A stretch of 64,000 bases of DNA from Spirochaetia bacterium (GCA_963662795.1 OY759746.1:1568001-1632000), one strand, 5' to 3'. Positions 1-10,232 are shown, counted from the stretch's first letter. The notes: generated from the letters alone by a model not told the origin. Made by a program: numbers and translations.

Positions 1-326
1 GCATTCAGGGTTTCTGCCAGATCTATATACTCTTTATAGTGGATGGTATTTATCTGTGGATGAAAATAACGTTCAGCCTGTTCCTGAACAACCTTTATAA
101 CTTCTTTGTTGCTATGCCCTATGTTTAATACGCCTATTCCGGCTACCCAGTCCATAAAAATGTTGCCGTCCAGATCCTGCACCATTGCTCCTTCGCTTTT
201 GTCAATAACATAGGGAGCAGAACAGGCAATTGCAGATGGAACAGCCTTGTTCCTTTTTTCTATAACTGATTTACATTTTGGTCCCGGTAATTCTGTAATA
301 ATTTTAGGCAGTGAATTAATTAGCAT
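1..326 (-). CDS. gabT: Class III PLP aminotransferase, 4-aminobutyrate aminotransferase-like (5' part; runs off window)
   Basis: Manual translation from CAT 324-326: MLINSLPKIITELPGPKCKSVIEKRNKAVPSAIACSAPYVIDKSEGAMVQDLDGNIFMDWVAGIGVLNIGHSN, a typical GabT/class III N-terminus; GAGG RBS upstream. Confidence 0.8.
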   Translation of the reverse strand, partial: MLINSLPKIITELPGPKCKSVIEKRNKAVPSAIACSAPYVIDKSEGAMVQDLDGNIFMDWVAGIGVLNIGHSNKEVIKVVQEQAERYFHPQINTIHYKEYIDLAETLN

Positions 327-363
327 TGTTGATCCTCACTTGTGATTTGTATATCAGTTGTAA

Positions 364-379
364 TGCAATTTACATGCCA
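364..379 (-). promoter_or_regulatory. sigma54 (-24/-12) promoter of gabT-like gene
   Basis: Minus strand reads TGGCAT-GTAAA-TTGCA, matching TGGCAC-N5-TTGC; adjacent to a bEBP gene. Confidence 0.8.
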
Positions 380-573
380 TTTGATTAGTTTTTTCATTGA
401 GGTGAGGTATTTTTAATATTTTGGCTGAAAAACTTTTATTACATTATTTAATTGCTATTCAAAACATGTATTCATTTAATTTTTTATTAAAATAAGTATT
501 ACTAAAGTAATACTATATTGCATTTTTAATAATTTAATTATAAATATTACTAAAAGAATGGAGAATTTAAATC

Positions 574-2220
574 ATGAACATCAATTTTTTTTCCTTGAAA
601 GATCCGGCATTGCTAATCGATTCTCAAAATCAGATTATAACTTCTAACTCGTCATTCAATGAGCTTTTTGAGGATGATTATAAAAAAGAAAGAATAATAG
701 ATGATCTGATAAAAAATAATGAAAATTTTTTATATTCAATTGATGGCGAAGAATATCTAATATTGTTTCTTAGTCTAAATGATATAGCTAAAAAAATAAT
801 GATAATGATTAATATGAAATATATTGGAAATGTAATAAAAGATACAGAAACATTTAAATCAATGCAAGATGATTTTTTCAATATACTTGGGGCAATTCAT
901 GATGATTTTGTTATAATAGACAGTAACGGTGTCATTACCCATGCTCTTCCAAACTTTGAATCATTATATGGTATTCCAAGTCAAATAGCGATAGGAAGTA
1001 CAATTTTCGATATGGAAAAACAAAAAATATTTAATCCGTCTGTTGCGGCGCGGGTATTAAAATCAAAAAAAACGGAGACAATGCTACAATATACAGGAGC
1101 GAATAAGTATTTGATGTGTACAGCGATACCAATAAAGGATAAAAATGACAATATAATTAAAGTAATTAGCTACACCCGTGATATTACAAAATATGAATCC
1201 CTTGAAATGGAATATAATAATCTAGAAAAAACCCTAAAGCTTTATAGCGCTGAATTAGAAGAATTAAGAACTTATAGAGCAATTCCGTCCATAATTGGCA
1301 CAGATCCATCTTTTAAAAGAATTATTGCAATGATACAAAAAATTGCGAAATTCGATGCTTCTGTTCTTTTCCTGGGAGAATCAGGAGTCGGAAAATCAAT
1401 GTTTGCTAAATTAATGCACTCTCAAAGCAACAGAAGTTCAGGCCCTTTTATTGAAATACATTGTAGTACAATACCTGAGAACCTTATAGAATCAGAATTG
1501 TTTGGTTATGAAAAAGGGGCTTTTACTGGAGCAAATAAAGAAGGAAAAATTGGGTTAATAGAGTTATCAAATAAGGGTACGTTATTTTTAGACGAAATAG
1601 GAGATCTGCCTCCCCATATCCAGGTAAAACTTTTAAAAGTTATCCAAGAGAAAAAAATTATCCACATAGGTGGTGTTTCAGAAAAAATTGTTGATTTCCG
1701 TTTAATAACTGCAACAAATAGAGATTTAGAACGTATGGTAAAAAATGGTGATTTTAGAGAGGATTTGTTTTACCGCCTGCATATAATGACTTTCAGGATA
1801 CCAAGTTTGCGGGAAAGAAAAGATGATATTTTCCCTTTGTGCGAATATTTTATAAAAAAAATTACTGCAAAACATAATATTTCACGCGCACTCTCAAACA
1901 CAACCTTAGATTATCTTATAGAATATAAATGGCCCGGAAATATACGGGAACTTGAAAATATAATTGAAAGATTAGTATTAACATCTGATGATTATCTGAT
2001 TACACCGGATGATCTCCCTGCATCAATAAAATCACAAGAATTTTCCTCAATAATCGGAGAAAATAGTTTAAAAACAATATTGGAGAAAATTGAAAAGCAA
2101 GTAGTAATAAATTCATTTGAAAAACATGGGACAACAATTGGGGTTGCAAAAGCTCTCGGAATTAGCCAACCATCTGCTTCAATAAAGATTAATAAATATT
2201 GTAAAATAGAAAAGAATTAA
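574..2220 (+). CDS. sigma54-dependent transcriptional activator (PAS + AAA+ + HTH)
   Basis: Walker A GESGVGKS, ESELFGYEKGAFTGA, LFLDEIG, WPGNIRELEN, C-terminal HTH; N-terminal PAS-like region. Confidence 0.95.
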   Translation: MNINFFSLKDPALLIDSQNQIITSNSSFNELFEDDYKKERIIDDLIKNNENFLYSIDGEEYLILFLSLNDIAKKIMIMINMKYIGNVIKDTETFKSMQDDFFNILGAIHDDFVIIDSNGVITHALPNFESLYGIPSQIAIGSTIFDMEKQKIFNPSVAARVLKSKKTETMLQYTGANKYLMCTAIPIKDKNDNIIKVISYTRDITKYESLEMEYNNLEKTLKLYSAELEELRTYRAIPSIIGTDPSFKRIIAMIQKIAKFDASVLFLGESGVGKSMFAKLMHSQSNRSSGPFIEIHCSTIPENLIESELFGYEKGAFTGANKEGKIGLIELSNKGTLFLDEIGDLPPHIQVKLLKVIQEKKIIHIGGVSEKIVDFRLITATNRDLERMVKNGDFREDLFYRLHIMTFRIPSLRERKDDIFPLCEYFIKKITAKHNISRALSNTTLDYLIEYKWPGNIRELENIIERLVLTSDDYLITPDDLPASIKSQEFSSIIGENSLKTILEKIEKQVVINSFEKHGTTIGVAKALGISQPSASIKINKYCKIEKN

Positions 2221-2413
2221 AACTTATTTACTAAATTTTTAATATAATTATTATATTTTTAATAATATTACAGATTTTTTCGTTTAAATTTAATAGTAAT
2301 ATCAAAAATTTTATTCTTATAAATTTACCCCTTCTATTTATTCATAGAAAAGAATAATTATTTTCTATAATAAAAGTTTATTAATTACTCTAAAAGAAGG
2401 AGTTGTTAGTTTG

Positions 2414-2429
2414 TGGCACAATAATTGCT
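2414..2429 (+). promoter_or_regulatory. sigma54 promoter of TRAP operon
   Basis: TGGCAC-AATAA-TTGCT, consensus match ~40 nt upstream of dctP start. Confidence 0.85.
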
Positions 2430-2469
2430 ATAGTATTATTATGATTCAAATTACCTTATGGAGGATTCA

Positions 2470-3486
2470 ATGAAAAAAATACTTTTATTACTTCTAATTA
2501 TAGGATTAATAATACAGGTCACGTTTGCTACTGGACAAAAAGAAGTACCTGTTGAAAAGAAAACTTTCTTAATTCGAATAGGTCATGTTTTGCAAGAAAC
2601 AACGCCTAGCCATATTATGTTTTCAGATGGTTTAAAGAAATATGTTGAGGAGAAAAGTGATGGACGAATAAAAATTGAAATTTACCCAAATGGCTCTTTG
2701 GGCGGGGAAAGGCAAATGATAGAATCCACACAGCTTGGTACCCTTGACATTGCCTATGCAACAACGGCACTTCTGGCCAATTTTGATGAAAAATTTCTTA
2801 TTTTTGATTTGCCCTTTCTTTTTAATGATCAAAATATTGCACGCAAAGCTATTAATGGAGAACTTGGCCAGGCAATAGCATCTGATTTAAATAAAATAGG
2901 GCTCAAGCCTTTTGGTTATGCTGAAAACGGTTTCAGGCACATCTCCAACAATAAGAGACCAATTTTTAAACCGGAAGATTTAAAAGGTATTAAGATTCGA
3001 ACCATGGAAAATCCAATCCATATGCGATCATTTCAATTACTAGGGGCTTCTCCAACACCTATGGCGTTTACGGAATTGTATACTGGCTTACAACAGGGAA
3101 CTGTGGATGGTCAGGAAAATCCAATTTTTCTTACATATTCTTCTAAATTCAATGAAGTACAAAAATATTATTCTTTAACTGGTCATGTTTATGCTCCTGG
3201 TATTGCAGTTATGAATTTAAAACTATGGAACTCTTTGCCAAAAGATTTGCAAAAAATATTGGAAGAAGGAATGACCGAAGCACAGGAACTACAGTTTAAG
3301 CTTCTTGATGAACAAAATAAAACTGATCTTGTAAAATTAAGTAAATTAATGAATGTTAACGAACTTACTCCAGCGGAAAAAGCACTATTTATAGAAGCTA
3401 CAAAACCAGTGTATGATGAATTAGCAAAAAAAATTGGACAAAATATTGTTGATCTTGCCATGAAAGCAAACGAAACCTACAAATAA
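2470..3486 (+). CDS. dctP: TRAP transporter substrate-binding protein (DctP family)
   Basis: ENGFRH, DLKGIKIRTM, LQQGTVDGQENP motifs; signal peptide; start set at ATG 2470 after GGAGG. Confidence 0.93.
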   Translation: MKKILLLLLIIGLIIQVTFATGQKEVPVEKKTFLIRIGHVLQETTPSHIMFSDGLKKYVEEKSDGRIKIEIYPNGSLGGERQMIESTQLGTLDIAYATTALLANFDEKFLIFDLPFLFNDQNIARKAINGELGQAIASDLNKIGLKPFGYAENGFRHISNNKRPIFKPEDLKGIKIRTMENPIHMRSFQLLGASPTPMAFTELYTGLQQGTVDGQENPIFLTYSSKFNEVQKYYSLTGHVYAPGIAVMNLKLWNSLPKDLQKILEEGMTEAQELQFKLLDEQNKTDLVKLSKLMNVNELTPAEKALFIEATKPVYDELAKKIGQNIVDLAMKANETYK

Positions 3487-3493
3487 TGCATTT

Positions 3494-3529
3494 AATAGCT
3501 ACTTTAATTATTTAATTAAAGTAGCTATT
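3494..3529 (+). terminator. Perfect 17-bp inverted repeat after dctP (terminator or mRNA-stabilising hairpin)
   Basis: AATAGCTACTTTAATTA-TT-TAATTAAAGTAGCTATT. Confidence 0.65.
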
Positions 3530-3541
3530 TCTGGAGTAAGT

Positions 3542-4018
3542 ATGACGGTATTCAGAGAAATGAGAAGAAAAGAAAAACAGATGACATCAATTGAGGTCTT
3601 TAAAATTCTTGATAAAACAAGTTATATGGTACTTTCAACTGTTCTTGAAGACGAATATCCCTATTCCATTCCTCTAAACCATCTTTTTTCTGACGGAAAA
3701 ATATATTTTCATTCAGCGTTGGAGGGGCAAAAATGTGATGCATTTAATAAAGGGAACAAGGTGTGCATTTCCATAGTTGAATCTTTAACAGTAGTTCCTG
3801 ATAAATTTTCGACCAATTTCAGGAGTGTTACTGTTTTTGGAAAAATATACTTAGTAGAAAACCAGGATGAAAAAAAAGATGCTCTCATCGGACTGGTAAA
3901 AAAATATTCACCTGGCTTTACTGAGAGTGGAGCAGCATATATAGAAAAGCTTTTTGATAAAACAGCTGTATACCGTATTGAAATTGAACATTTTACAGGG
4001 AAGATGAGCAATAAGTAA
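3542..4018 (+). CDS. Pyridoxamine 5'-phosphate oxidase-like / NimA-family flavin-binding protein
   Basis: MRRKEKQ N-terminus, YPYSIPLN, IYFHSALEGQK, FSTNFRSVTVFG. Confidence 0.85.
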   Translation: MTVFREMRRKEKQMTSIEVFKILDKTSYMVLSTVLEDEYPYSIPLNHLFSDGKIYFHSALEGQKCDAFNKGNKVCISIVESLTVVPDKFSTNFRSVTVFGKIYLVENQDEKKDALIGLVKKYSPGFTESGAAYIEKLFDKTAVYRIEIEHFTGKMSNK

Positions 4019-4560
4019 GTGATATAGCGAAACTATAACAGAATTACAAGCCTGTTGATTAAATATAGAGGAGATTGTTTCGGTAAACTTTTGAAATAAA
4101 AATTGCGTTTTGTTTTATTTCTTTTAAATGTACTATGAGGTTTAATCCGAATTGCTTCTATGAATCGAAGTCATAAAATACATTATGACAATATTGTATG
4201 TGGATATAACTAAAAAATGCTTTTTTTAGTTAAAAACAACTATTGTTCATTTTATTATTGATAAGTCAATAAACAAAGAAAGGCTGATGATTATAGGATT
4301 TTACAGAAATATAGTAAAATGAAAAAGTATAAATATCCTTATAAAAAAAGCATAATTGTTACAATCAAGAAAACTGGTAATTTAGTTTATATAATTTAAA
4401 AAGAACAAAAAATAAATTGATCCTTTTATTGATGAATTTATAAGGAAAAATATAAGGATATGCGACGGCAGCATTGGATGTCGTGATGATCGGGTATCCC
4501 GACATAAAAACTATGAGCTTATATTTTAAAGTCTATGTGTGGCTTTATGGGGAGAAATTT

Positions 4561-5034
4561 ATGATAAAAAACATTTGGCAAAATTTTGAGGAATATATAT
4601 TGATTGGATCATTTTTCTTTGTCATTCCTTTACTATTCATGCAAATAATTATGCGCTATGTTTTTTCTAATTCAATTTCCTGGTCTGAAGAGCTAGCCAG
4701 ATATATATTTCTATGGCAAATATGGATTGGAGCAAGCTATGGTGTAAAAAAAACCCGGCATATTCGAATTGAAATCATTAAAGAACATATTTCCGAAAAA
4801 GGAAAAAATTTTATTGAATGTCTAACGATTAGTATTTCTATTATTTTTTGTGGATTTTTAGCAATAAAAGGAAGCGAATTGATTAGAAGTATTTTTTCTC
4901 TAGGGCAACTTTCTTCCGCACTTAGATTACCCATGGGATATCCCTACTTATCTGTACCAGTTGGTGCGACTTTAATGATAATTCGCTATAGTGAAAAGCT
5001 CTATGAAAACATTAAATCTTTTAAAGTGAGGTAG
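4561..5034 (+). CDS. dctQ: TRAP transporter small permease
   Basis: QIIMRYVF..WSEELARY, HIRIE motifs, about 4 TM; start at ATG 4561 after GGGGAG. Confidence 0.9.
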   Translation: MIKNIWQNFEEYILIGSFFFVIPLLFMQIIMRYVFSNSISWSEELARYIFLWQIWIGASYGVKKTRHIRIEIIKEHISEKGKNFIECLTISISIIFCGFLAIKGSELIRSIFSLGQLSSALRLPMGYPYLSVPVGATLMIIRYSEKLYENIKSFKVR

Positions 5035-5042
5035 TACAACAA

Positions 5043-6341
5043 ATGGAAATGACATTACTTTTTTTTCTTTTAATATTTTTCATTTCAATTAGTGTGCCTA
5101 TTGGCGTATCTCTTGGTTTATCAACATTAATTACAATGTTATTCACAAGTAAAATACCTGTGATTATGATTACACAGAATGCTTTCACTGCCCTTGACTC
5201 TTTTCCACTTATGGCGATCCCATTTTTTATTATGGCGGGGAATTTAATGTCTTTGGGTGGGATATCACGAAGAATAGTTGACCTATCTAATGCAATAATT
5301 GGAAACATTGTTGGTGCCTTAGGAATTATTACCGTATTTGCAAGTGCATTTTTTGCTGCTATTTCAGGTTCCGGACCGGCGACAGTTTCAGCAATAGGAT
5401 CCATGATGATTCCTGAAATGGAAAAGTCTGGGTATAATAAGGGATATGCAACAGCTCTGACTTGCTCTGCCGGAATTATTGGAGTAATAATTCCTCCTTC
5501 GATTCCTTTTGTAATTTATGGTGTTATCACTGGAACTTCTATTGGCGAATTATTTCTAGCTGGTTTTATTCCCGGATTATTGATTGCTGGGGTTTTAATA
5601 GCGATATCCGTTATAATATCTAAAAAAAATGGATATGGATTGAATGAAGTAAATAGTGCAAGACTTAAAAAGAAAGGATTTTTAAAAACCTTTAAAGATT
5701 CTTTTTGGGCATTATTAACACCCATTATTATTTTGGGAGGTATCTATGCCGGTGTTTTTACTCCGACAGAATCAGCAGTTGTTGCAATTGTCTATGCTTT
5801 GATTATTGGCCGCTTTGTTTATCATGAACTTACACTGAAAATAATCTTGACAACAATTAGAGAAACAGCAGTTATGACGGGAATTACATTATTTACAATA
5901 GGCTTATCAATGGCTTTTGCAAGTTTCTTAACCATGGAGCAAATTCCAATGAAAGTCGCAACACTAATGCTTGGGTTATCAAAAAATCCAATTATTATCC
6001 TTTTAATGATTAATGGGTTTTTATTATTTGTTGGACTCTTTATTGATAATATTTCCTCAATGACGATTTTAACTCCGATTTTTCTCCCTATTGTTGTATA
6101 TTGTGGCATAAACCCTGTTCATTTCGGTGTATTCATGACAGTAGCACTTTCAATTGGCTTTATTACCCCTCCCTATGGGGCAAATTTATTTATAGCATCA
6201 GCCGTAACAGGGTTAAAGATAGAAAAAATTGTAAAACACATAATCCCTTTTATGATCGGTTTAATTATATGTTTAATACTCATTACTTATTTTTCCGGGA
6301 TTAGTATGTTTTTACCAGACTTGGCATATCGATCATTTTAA
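5043..6341 (+). CDS. dctM: TRAP transporter large permease
   Basis: AIPFFIMAG, AISGSGPAT, IIPPSIP, FTPTES, ITPPYG motifs. Confidence 0.95.
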   Translation: MEMTLLFFLLIFFISISVPIGVSLGLSTLITMLFTSKIPVIMITQNAFTALDSFPLMAIPFFIMAGNLMSLGGISRRIVDLSNAIIGNIVGALGIITVFASAFFAAISGSGPATVSAIGSMMIPEMEKSGYNKGYATALTCSAGIIGVIIPPSIPFVIYGVITGTSIGELFLAGFIPGLLIAGVLIAISVIISKKNGYGLNEVNSARLKKKGFLKTFKDSFWALLTPIIILGGIYAGVFTPTESAVVAIVYALIIGRFVYHELTLKIILTTIRETAVMTGITLFTIGLSMAFASFLTMEQIPMKVATLMLGLSKNPIIILLMINGFLLFVGLFIDNISSMTILTPIFLPIVVYCGINPVHFGVFMTVALSIGFITPPYGANLFIASAVTGLKIEKIVKHIIPFMIGLIICLILITYFSGISMFLPDLAYRSF

Positions 6342-6353
6342 GGAGGGAAATAT

Positions 6354-7811
6354 ATGCCGGTTAATAAAAAAAAGATTGAAAAAATAATCAATAATTCAGA
6401 AATAAAAAATTTTATTGAATCGTGGATAGATAGTAATAAAAATGAGTTTTATGAACTTGCTGATTATCTATGGAATAACCCTGAATTAGGACTTGAAGAG
6501 TTTTTAGCTCATCAAAAAGTATCAGATCTCTTACAGAAACATGATTTTATTGTTGAAAGTGACTTGGCAGACATGCCTACTGCATTTATAGCCACTTTTG
6601 GCAATACTGCTCCAATAATTGGGATTAATGTAGAATATGATTGTTTACCAGGACTTTCTCAACAATCCGATGTTCCATTTCCTTCCCCAATTATTGTTGG
6701 TGCACCAGGTCAAGGATGCGGACATAACATTTTATGCGCAACAGCTGTAATGGCTGGTATTGCATTAAGATATGCAATTGATAAATTTAAAATAAATGCA
6801 GTAATCAAAATGCTTGGATCGCCTTATGAAGAGGCCAGTGTTGGAAAAGCAATGATGGCTAGAGCAGGATATTATAAAGGTATAGATGCCATTTTGGATT
6901 GGCATCCCTGGAATTATAATAGAGCTGACTATGACACATGTAATTCTGTTTTTGTGGTAAATTTTCATTTCACTGGTAAAACATGTCATGGTGCTATGCC
7001 TTGGGAAGGTGGTAGAAGTGCATTAGATGCGGGGCTTCTTTTTTCTCATGCTTTAGAAATGTTGAGGGAGCATATAATTCCAAACGGGCCAGAAGCAGCA
7101 CATACTATTAATTATACTTTTACCGATGTAGGCCCTAAATATGCAAATATTGTACCAGATAAAACCAGTATGCAGATTTATGGAAGATTTAAAAATATGG
7201 ATCTCTCCCAAGATGCTTTAAGACGGATTACCCTTTGTGCAGAAGGAGCCGCAATAGCAACTGAAACAAAATATATTCGAGATTTTACTACTTATACACA
7301 TAATAAAATTCCAAATAAAATACTCTCAGAAGTTATACACAGAAATTTTGAATATTATGGACCTCCAGAATTTTCTGAAGATGAACAAAATTTTGTAAAA
7401 GAAATGCAAAAATATATGAAGTTAGATCCAACAGGATTAGATACCAAGCTTAAAAAATTTGGAGCAAGCGAAACTATAATATGCGATACATCTGAATTTT
7501 CCTGGAATGCGCCTTATGCTACTTTTTGGGTCACTATGGGTCCAGAGAAAAGTTGGCATAATTGGATGGTTACAGCTTGTGCCGGGAACACAATAGGGAA
7601 AAAAACCATGGATAAAGCAGTCAAAATAATGACTGCTTCTGTAATTGATATACTGTTGAACCCCGATAAAATTATAGGAGCAAAGAAAGAGTGGAAAGAA
7701 CGTATGAATGGGAATGAATACAATTGTCTTCTTCCAAAGGAGCATAAACCACCTTTAGGAATCAATAAAAAAGCAATGGACGAATATTATCGTAAAAAGT
7801 TTGAAAAATGA
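6354..7811 (+). CDS. M20 amidohydrolase, AbgB (aminobenzoyl-glutamate hydrolase B)-like
   Basis: PELGLEEF, EYDCLPGLSQ, GCGHN, PYEE, DWHP, HGAMPWEGGRSALDA, WHNW. Confidence 0.85.
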   Translation: MPVNKKKIEKIINNSEIKNFIESWIDSNKNEFYELADYLWNNPELGLEEFLAHQKVSDLLQKHDFIVESDLADMPTAFIATFGNTAPIIGINVEYDCLPGLSQQSDVPFPSPIIVGAPGQGCGHNILCATAVMAGIALRYAIDKFKINAVIKMLGSPYEEASVGKAMMARAGYYKGIDAILDWHPWNYNRADYDTCNSVFVVNFHFTGKTCHGAMPWEGGRSALDAGLLFSHALEMLREHIIPNGPEAAHTINYTFTDVGPKYANIVPDKTSMQIYGRFKNMDLSQDALRRITLCAEGAAIATETKYIRDFTTYTHNKIPNKILSEVIHRNFEYYGPPEFSEDEQNFVKEMQKYMKLDPTGLDTKLKKFGASETIICDTSEFSWNAPYATFWVTMGPEKSWHNWMVTACAGNTIGKKTMDKAVKIMTASVIDILLNPDKIIGAKKEWKERMNGNEYNCLLPKEHKPPLGINKKAMDEYYRKKFEK

Positions 7812-8045
7812 TTTATAGAATTAATAAAATATCTCATAAGAGTTCTTTACTATATAAAAATGTTCCTATCAAAAAATAGATAAACCCAAAAAACTGCTTT
7901 AGGATTTAACACGTCAAAGAAACAAAACCGAGGTTTTAACAAACCGAATTGATAGGGTAAAAGTTGATTTGGATGGTGTCAAGAAAATTGTCATTACAAC
8001 TTTTTGTAATAATACTAGTGCTATTTATAAATTAGTGTAAAGGAG

Positions 8046-9329
8046 GTGAGAGATATTACTAACCAAGATAAAAAAATTGAACTACCTTACGGATTGCAAA
8101 AATTACCTTTTAAAATGAAATCCGATTTGGCTAAGTGGGAAGTACTAGAATCTAAAGAATGTAGTGAACTTTTTCCCTATGAGGATGGTATAAAAGAAGG
8201 TTTTCGAAAACCAATAAATTCTAAGCCTCTTAATGAATTAGTCATACCAGGAGAAAAAGTAGTTATTGTGACTTCTGACGGAACTAGACCGGTACCGCAT
8301 AAAGATTTGATACCTGCAATTATTTCAGAACTTAATATATCTGCTGAAAATATTACAATTATCATTGGAACTGGATCACATAGGCCAAATACTCCTGATG
8401 AGTTAGCGAATATGCTTGGTAAAAATATTGTATCAAAATTTAAAATTCTAAATCATGATGCTTTTGAAAATGGCGAAAATATAAAAGTTGGTATTACAAA
8501 GGCTAATGGGCCGCTTTATTTAAATAAACATTACGTTGAAGCAGATAAGCGAATTGTTGTTGGATTTATTGAACCACATGGATTAGCTGGTTTTTCTGGA
8601 GGCCCAAAGGGTGTAATTCCAGGAGTTGCTGGGATAGAGACGATAAAATTTATTCATAGTTATCAAATGATCAAGAGCCCTTTGCGAGGATGGGGAAAAA
8701 TAGAGAACAATCCAATTCGTAATGAAATATTTGAAATGGCCGGTATGTGTCCTCCCGACTTTTTGGTGAATGTTACATTAAATAAAGAGAAACGGATAAC
8801 TAATATTTTTGCTGGTGATTATATAACAGCCCATGAAAAAGGGTGCTTTTTTGTTTCTAAAAATTCAATGATACATGTTAAAAAGCGCTATCCTGTCGTT
8901 GTTGTTACAAATAATGGGTATCCATTGGATCAAAACCTTTATCAGTCAGTTAAGGGTCTAATGGCTGCCGATCAGATTATTGAAAAAAACGGTGTTATCA
9001 TCTTGTTCTCTGAATGCTCTGATGGAATACCAGAACACGGGAACTTTGATAGGTTTGTTAGAAATAAAACATCAGAACAAATAATTAAATATTTTGAAAG
9101 TAAAAATATAACAGAGTCCGATCAGTGGGAAGCTCAAGTTTGGGCTCAAATAATTATGGATAGGGAAATTTATATTTATTCTACTTTAAGTGTTGTAGAT
9201 GCGAAGTCTTTTCAGTTAATTCCGCTTAGTGATTTTCAAAATGATATTGAAAACATTTTAGCAAAGTTCGATCACCCTGATGTTGCTATTCTGCCAGAAG
9301 GACCTGTTTCGGTTCCCATAATATACTAA
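8046..9329 (+). CDS. larA: Nickel-pincer-dependent 2-hydroxy acid racemase (LarA family)
   Basis: SDGTRP, GTGSHR, EPHGLAGFSGGPK, DQNLYQSVKG, DQW motifs; GTG start after an AGGAG RBS. Confidence 0.88.
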   Translation: MRDITNQDKKIELPYGLQKLPFKMKSDLAKWEVLESKECSELFPYEDGIKEGFRKPINSKPLNELVIPGEKVVIVTSDGTRPVPHKDLIPAIISELNISAENITIIIGTGSHRPNTPDELANMLGKNIVSKFKILNHDAFENGENIKVGITKANGPLYLNKHYVEADKRIVVGFIEPHGLAGFSGGPKGVIPGVAGIETIKFIHSYQMIKSPLRGWGKIENNPIRNEIFEMAGMCPPDFLVNVTLNKEKRITNIFAGDYITAHEKGCFFVSKNSMIHVKKRYPVVVVTNNGYPLDQNLYQSVKGLMAADQIIEKNGVIILFSECSDGIPEHGNFDRFVRNKTSEQIIKYFESKNITESDQWEAQVWAQIIMDREIYIYSTLSVVDAKSFQLIPLSDFQNDIENILAKFDHPDVAILPEGPVSVPIIY

Positions 9330-9626
9330 AATATGGAGTATTCAATTACGGCATATGGCTGATTAAAAAGCTGATAAGGAGTGTTTTCTTTCAAGAGGAT
9401 TTTTCATATTCTCATAAAACTGCTCCAAAATGAGAGTAAATTTGACCATATTCCTGTTGTAATCAGTAATGTAGGTCATAGTAAGAATTATAGGTATCAG
9501 CGATCTTCCTTGGGTTAATCGTAAAATGAAAAATTATTTATGATAAAATTCCCTGAGGTATTGCGTTTACAGTATATTGTGCAATAGGGGAAAAATAATC
9601 TTAATCATGTATTAGGAGAAAATTAT

Positions 9627-10232
9627 ATGACGGAAGCAAAACTTTACCTTGTGCGGCACGGCGAGACAGAATGGAACAGGGAAGATAAAATGCAGGGTGT
9701 AAAGGACAGCCCGCTGACTGACAAGGGAATTGAACATGCAGGCCTTTTAGGGGAAAGGCTTAAGGGACTGCCGGGAGGAATAGATATAATCTATACAAGC
9801 GACCTCGGGCGGGCATCTGATACCGCCGGGATAATCGGCAGGTATCTATCTTTGCCTGTAACAGCTGATGAGAGACTCAGGGAAAGGAATATGGGTATCT
9901 TTGAAGGATACAGCTGGGATTATGTAAGGGAGAATTTTCCGCAGGAATTTAAAAAAACTGTATCGGATGATAACAGTTACAGAATCCCGGAAGGAGAATC
10001 AAAGAATGAATATATTGAAAAAGTGCGCTCCTTCCTTGATTTCGCATCTCATGAACACGAGGGAGACAGGGTGCTTGCTGTTACCCACAGGGGATTTATA
10101 AATTTCGCGCTGCGGATTATTCTTTCTGTTCCGTTTCATGAGCGGATGGGAATTGTTGTCCACAACACAAGCCTTGCGGGATTTACACTTCACAAGGGAA
10201 GATGGATGCTTGAAAGGTTCGGAGATTTATAA
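9627..10232 (+). CDS. Histidine phosphatase / phosphoglycerate mutase family protein
   Basis: LVRHGETEWN, SDLGRA, LRERNMG, VTHRG. Confidence 0.9.
   Translation: MTEAKLYLVRHGETEWNREDKMQGVKDSPLTDKGIEHAGLLGERLKGLPGGIDIIYTSDLGRASDTAGIIGRYLSLPVTADERLRERNMGIFEGYSWDYVRENFPQEFKKTVSDDNSYRIPEGESKNEYIEKVRSFLDFASHEHEGDRVLAVTHRGFINFALRIILSVPFHERMGIVVHNTSLAGFTLHKGRWMLERFGDL

Noticed and set aside
3542-4018. Calling this a nitroimidazole-resistance nim gene
   Set aside because: The family is broad and mostly unrelated to resistance; there is no IS-provided promoter and the context is catabolic
7812-8045. Possible IS end remnant (GGTGTCAAGAAAATTG) between the amidohydrolase and larA
   Set aside because: No partner inverted repeat, target duplication or transposase fragment could be identified
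9330-9626. Possible decayed ORF at the island boundary
   Set aside because: Only short broken frames with no recognisable family
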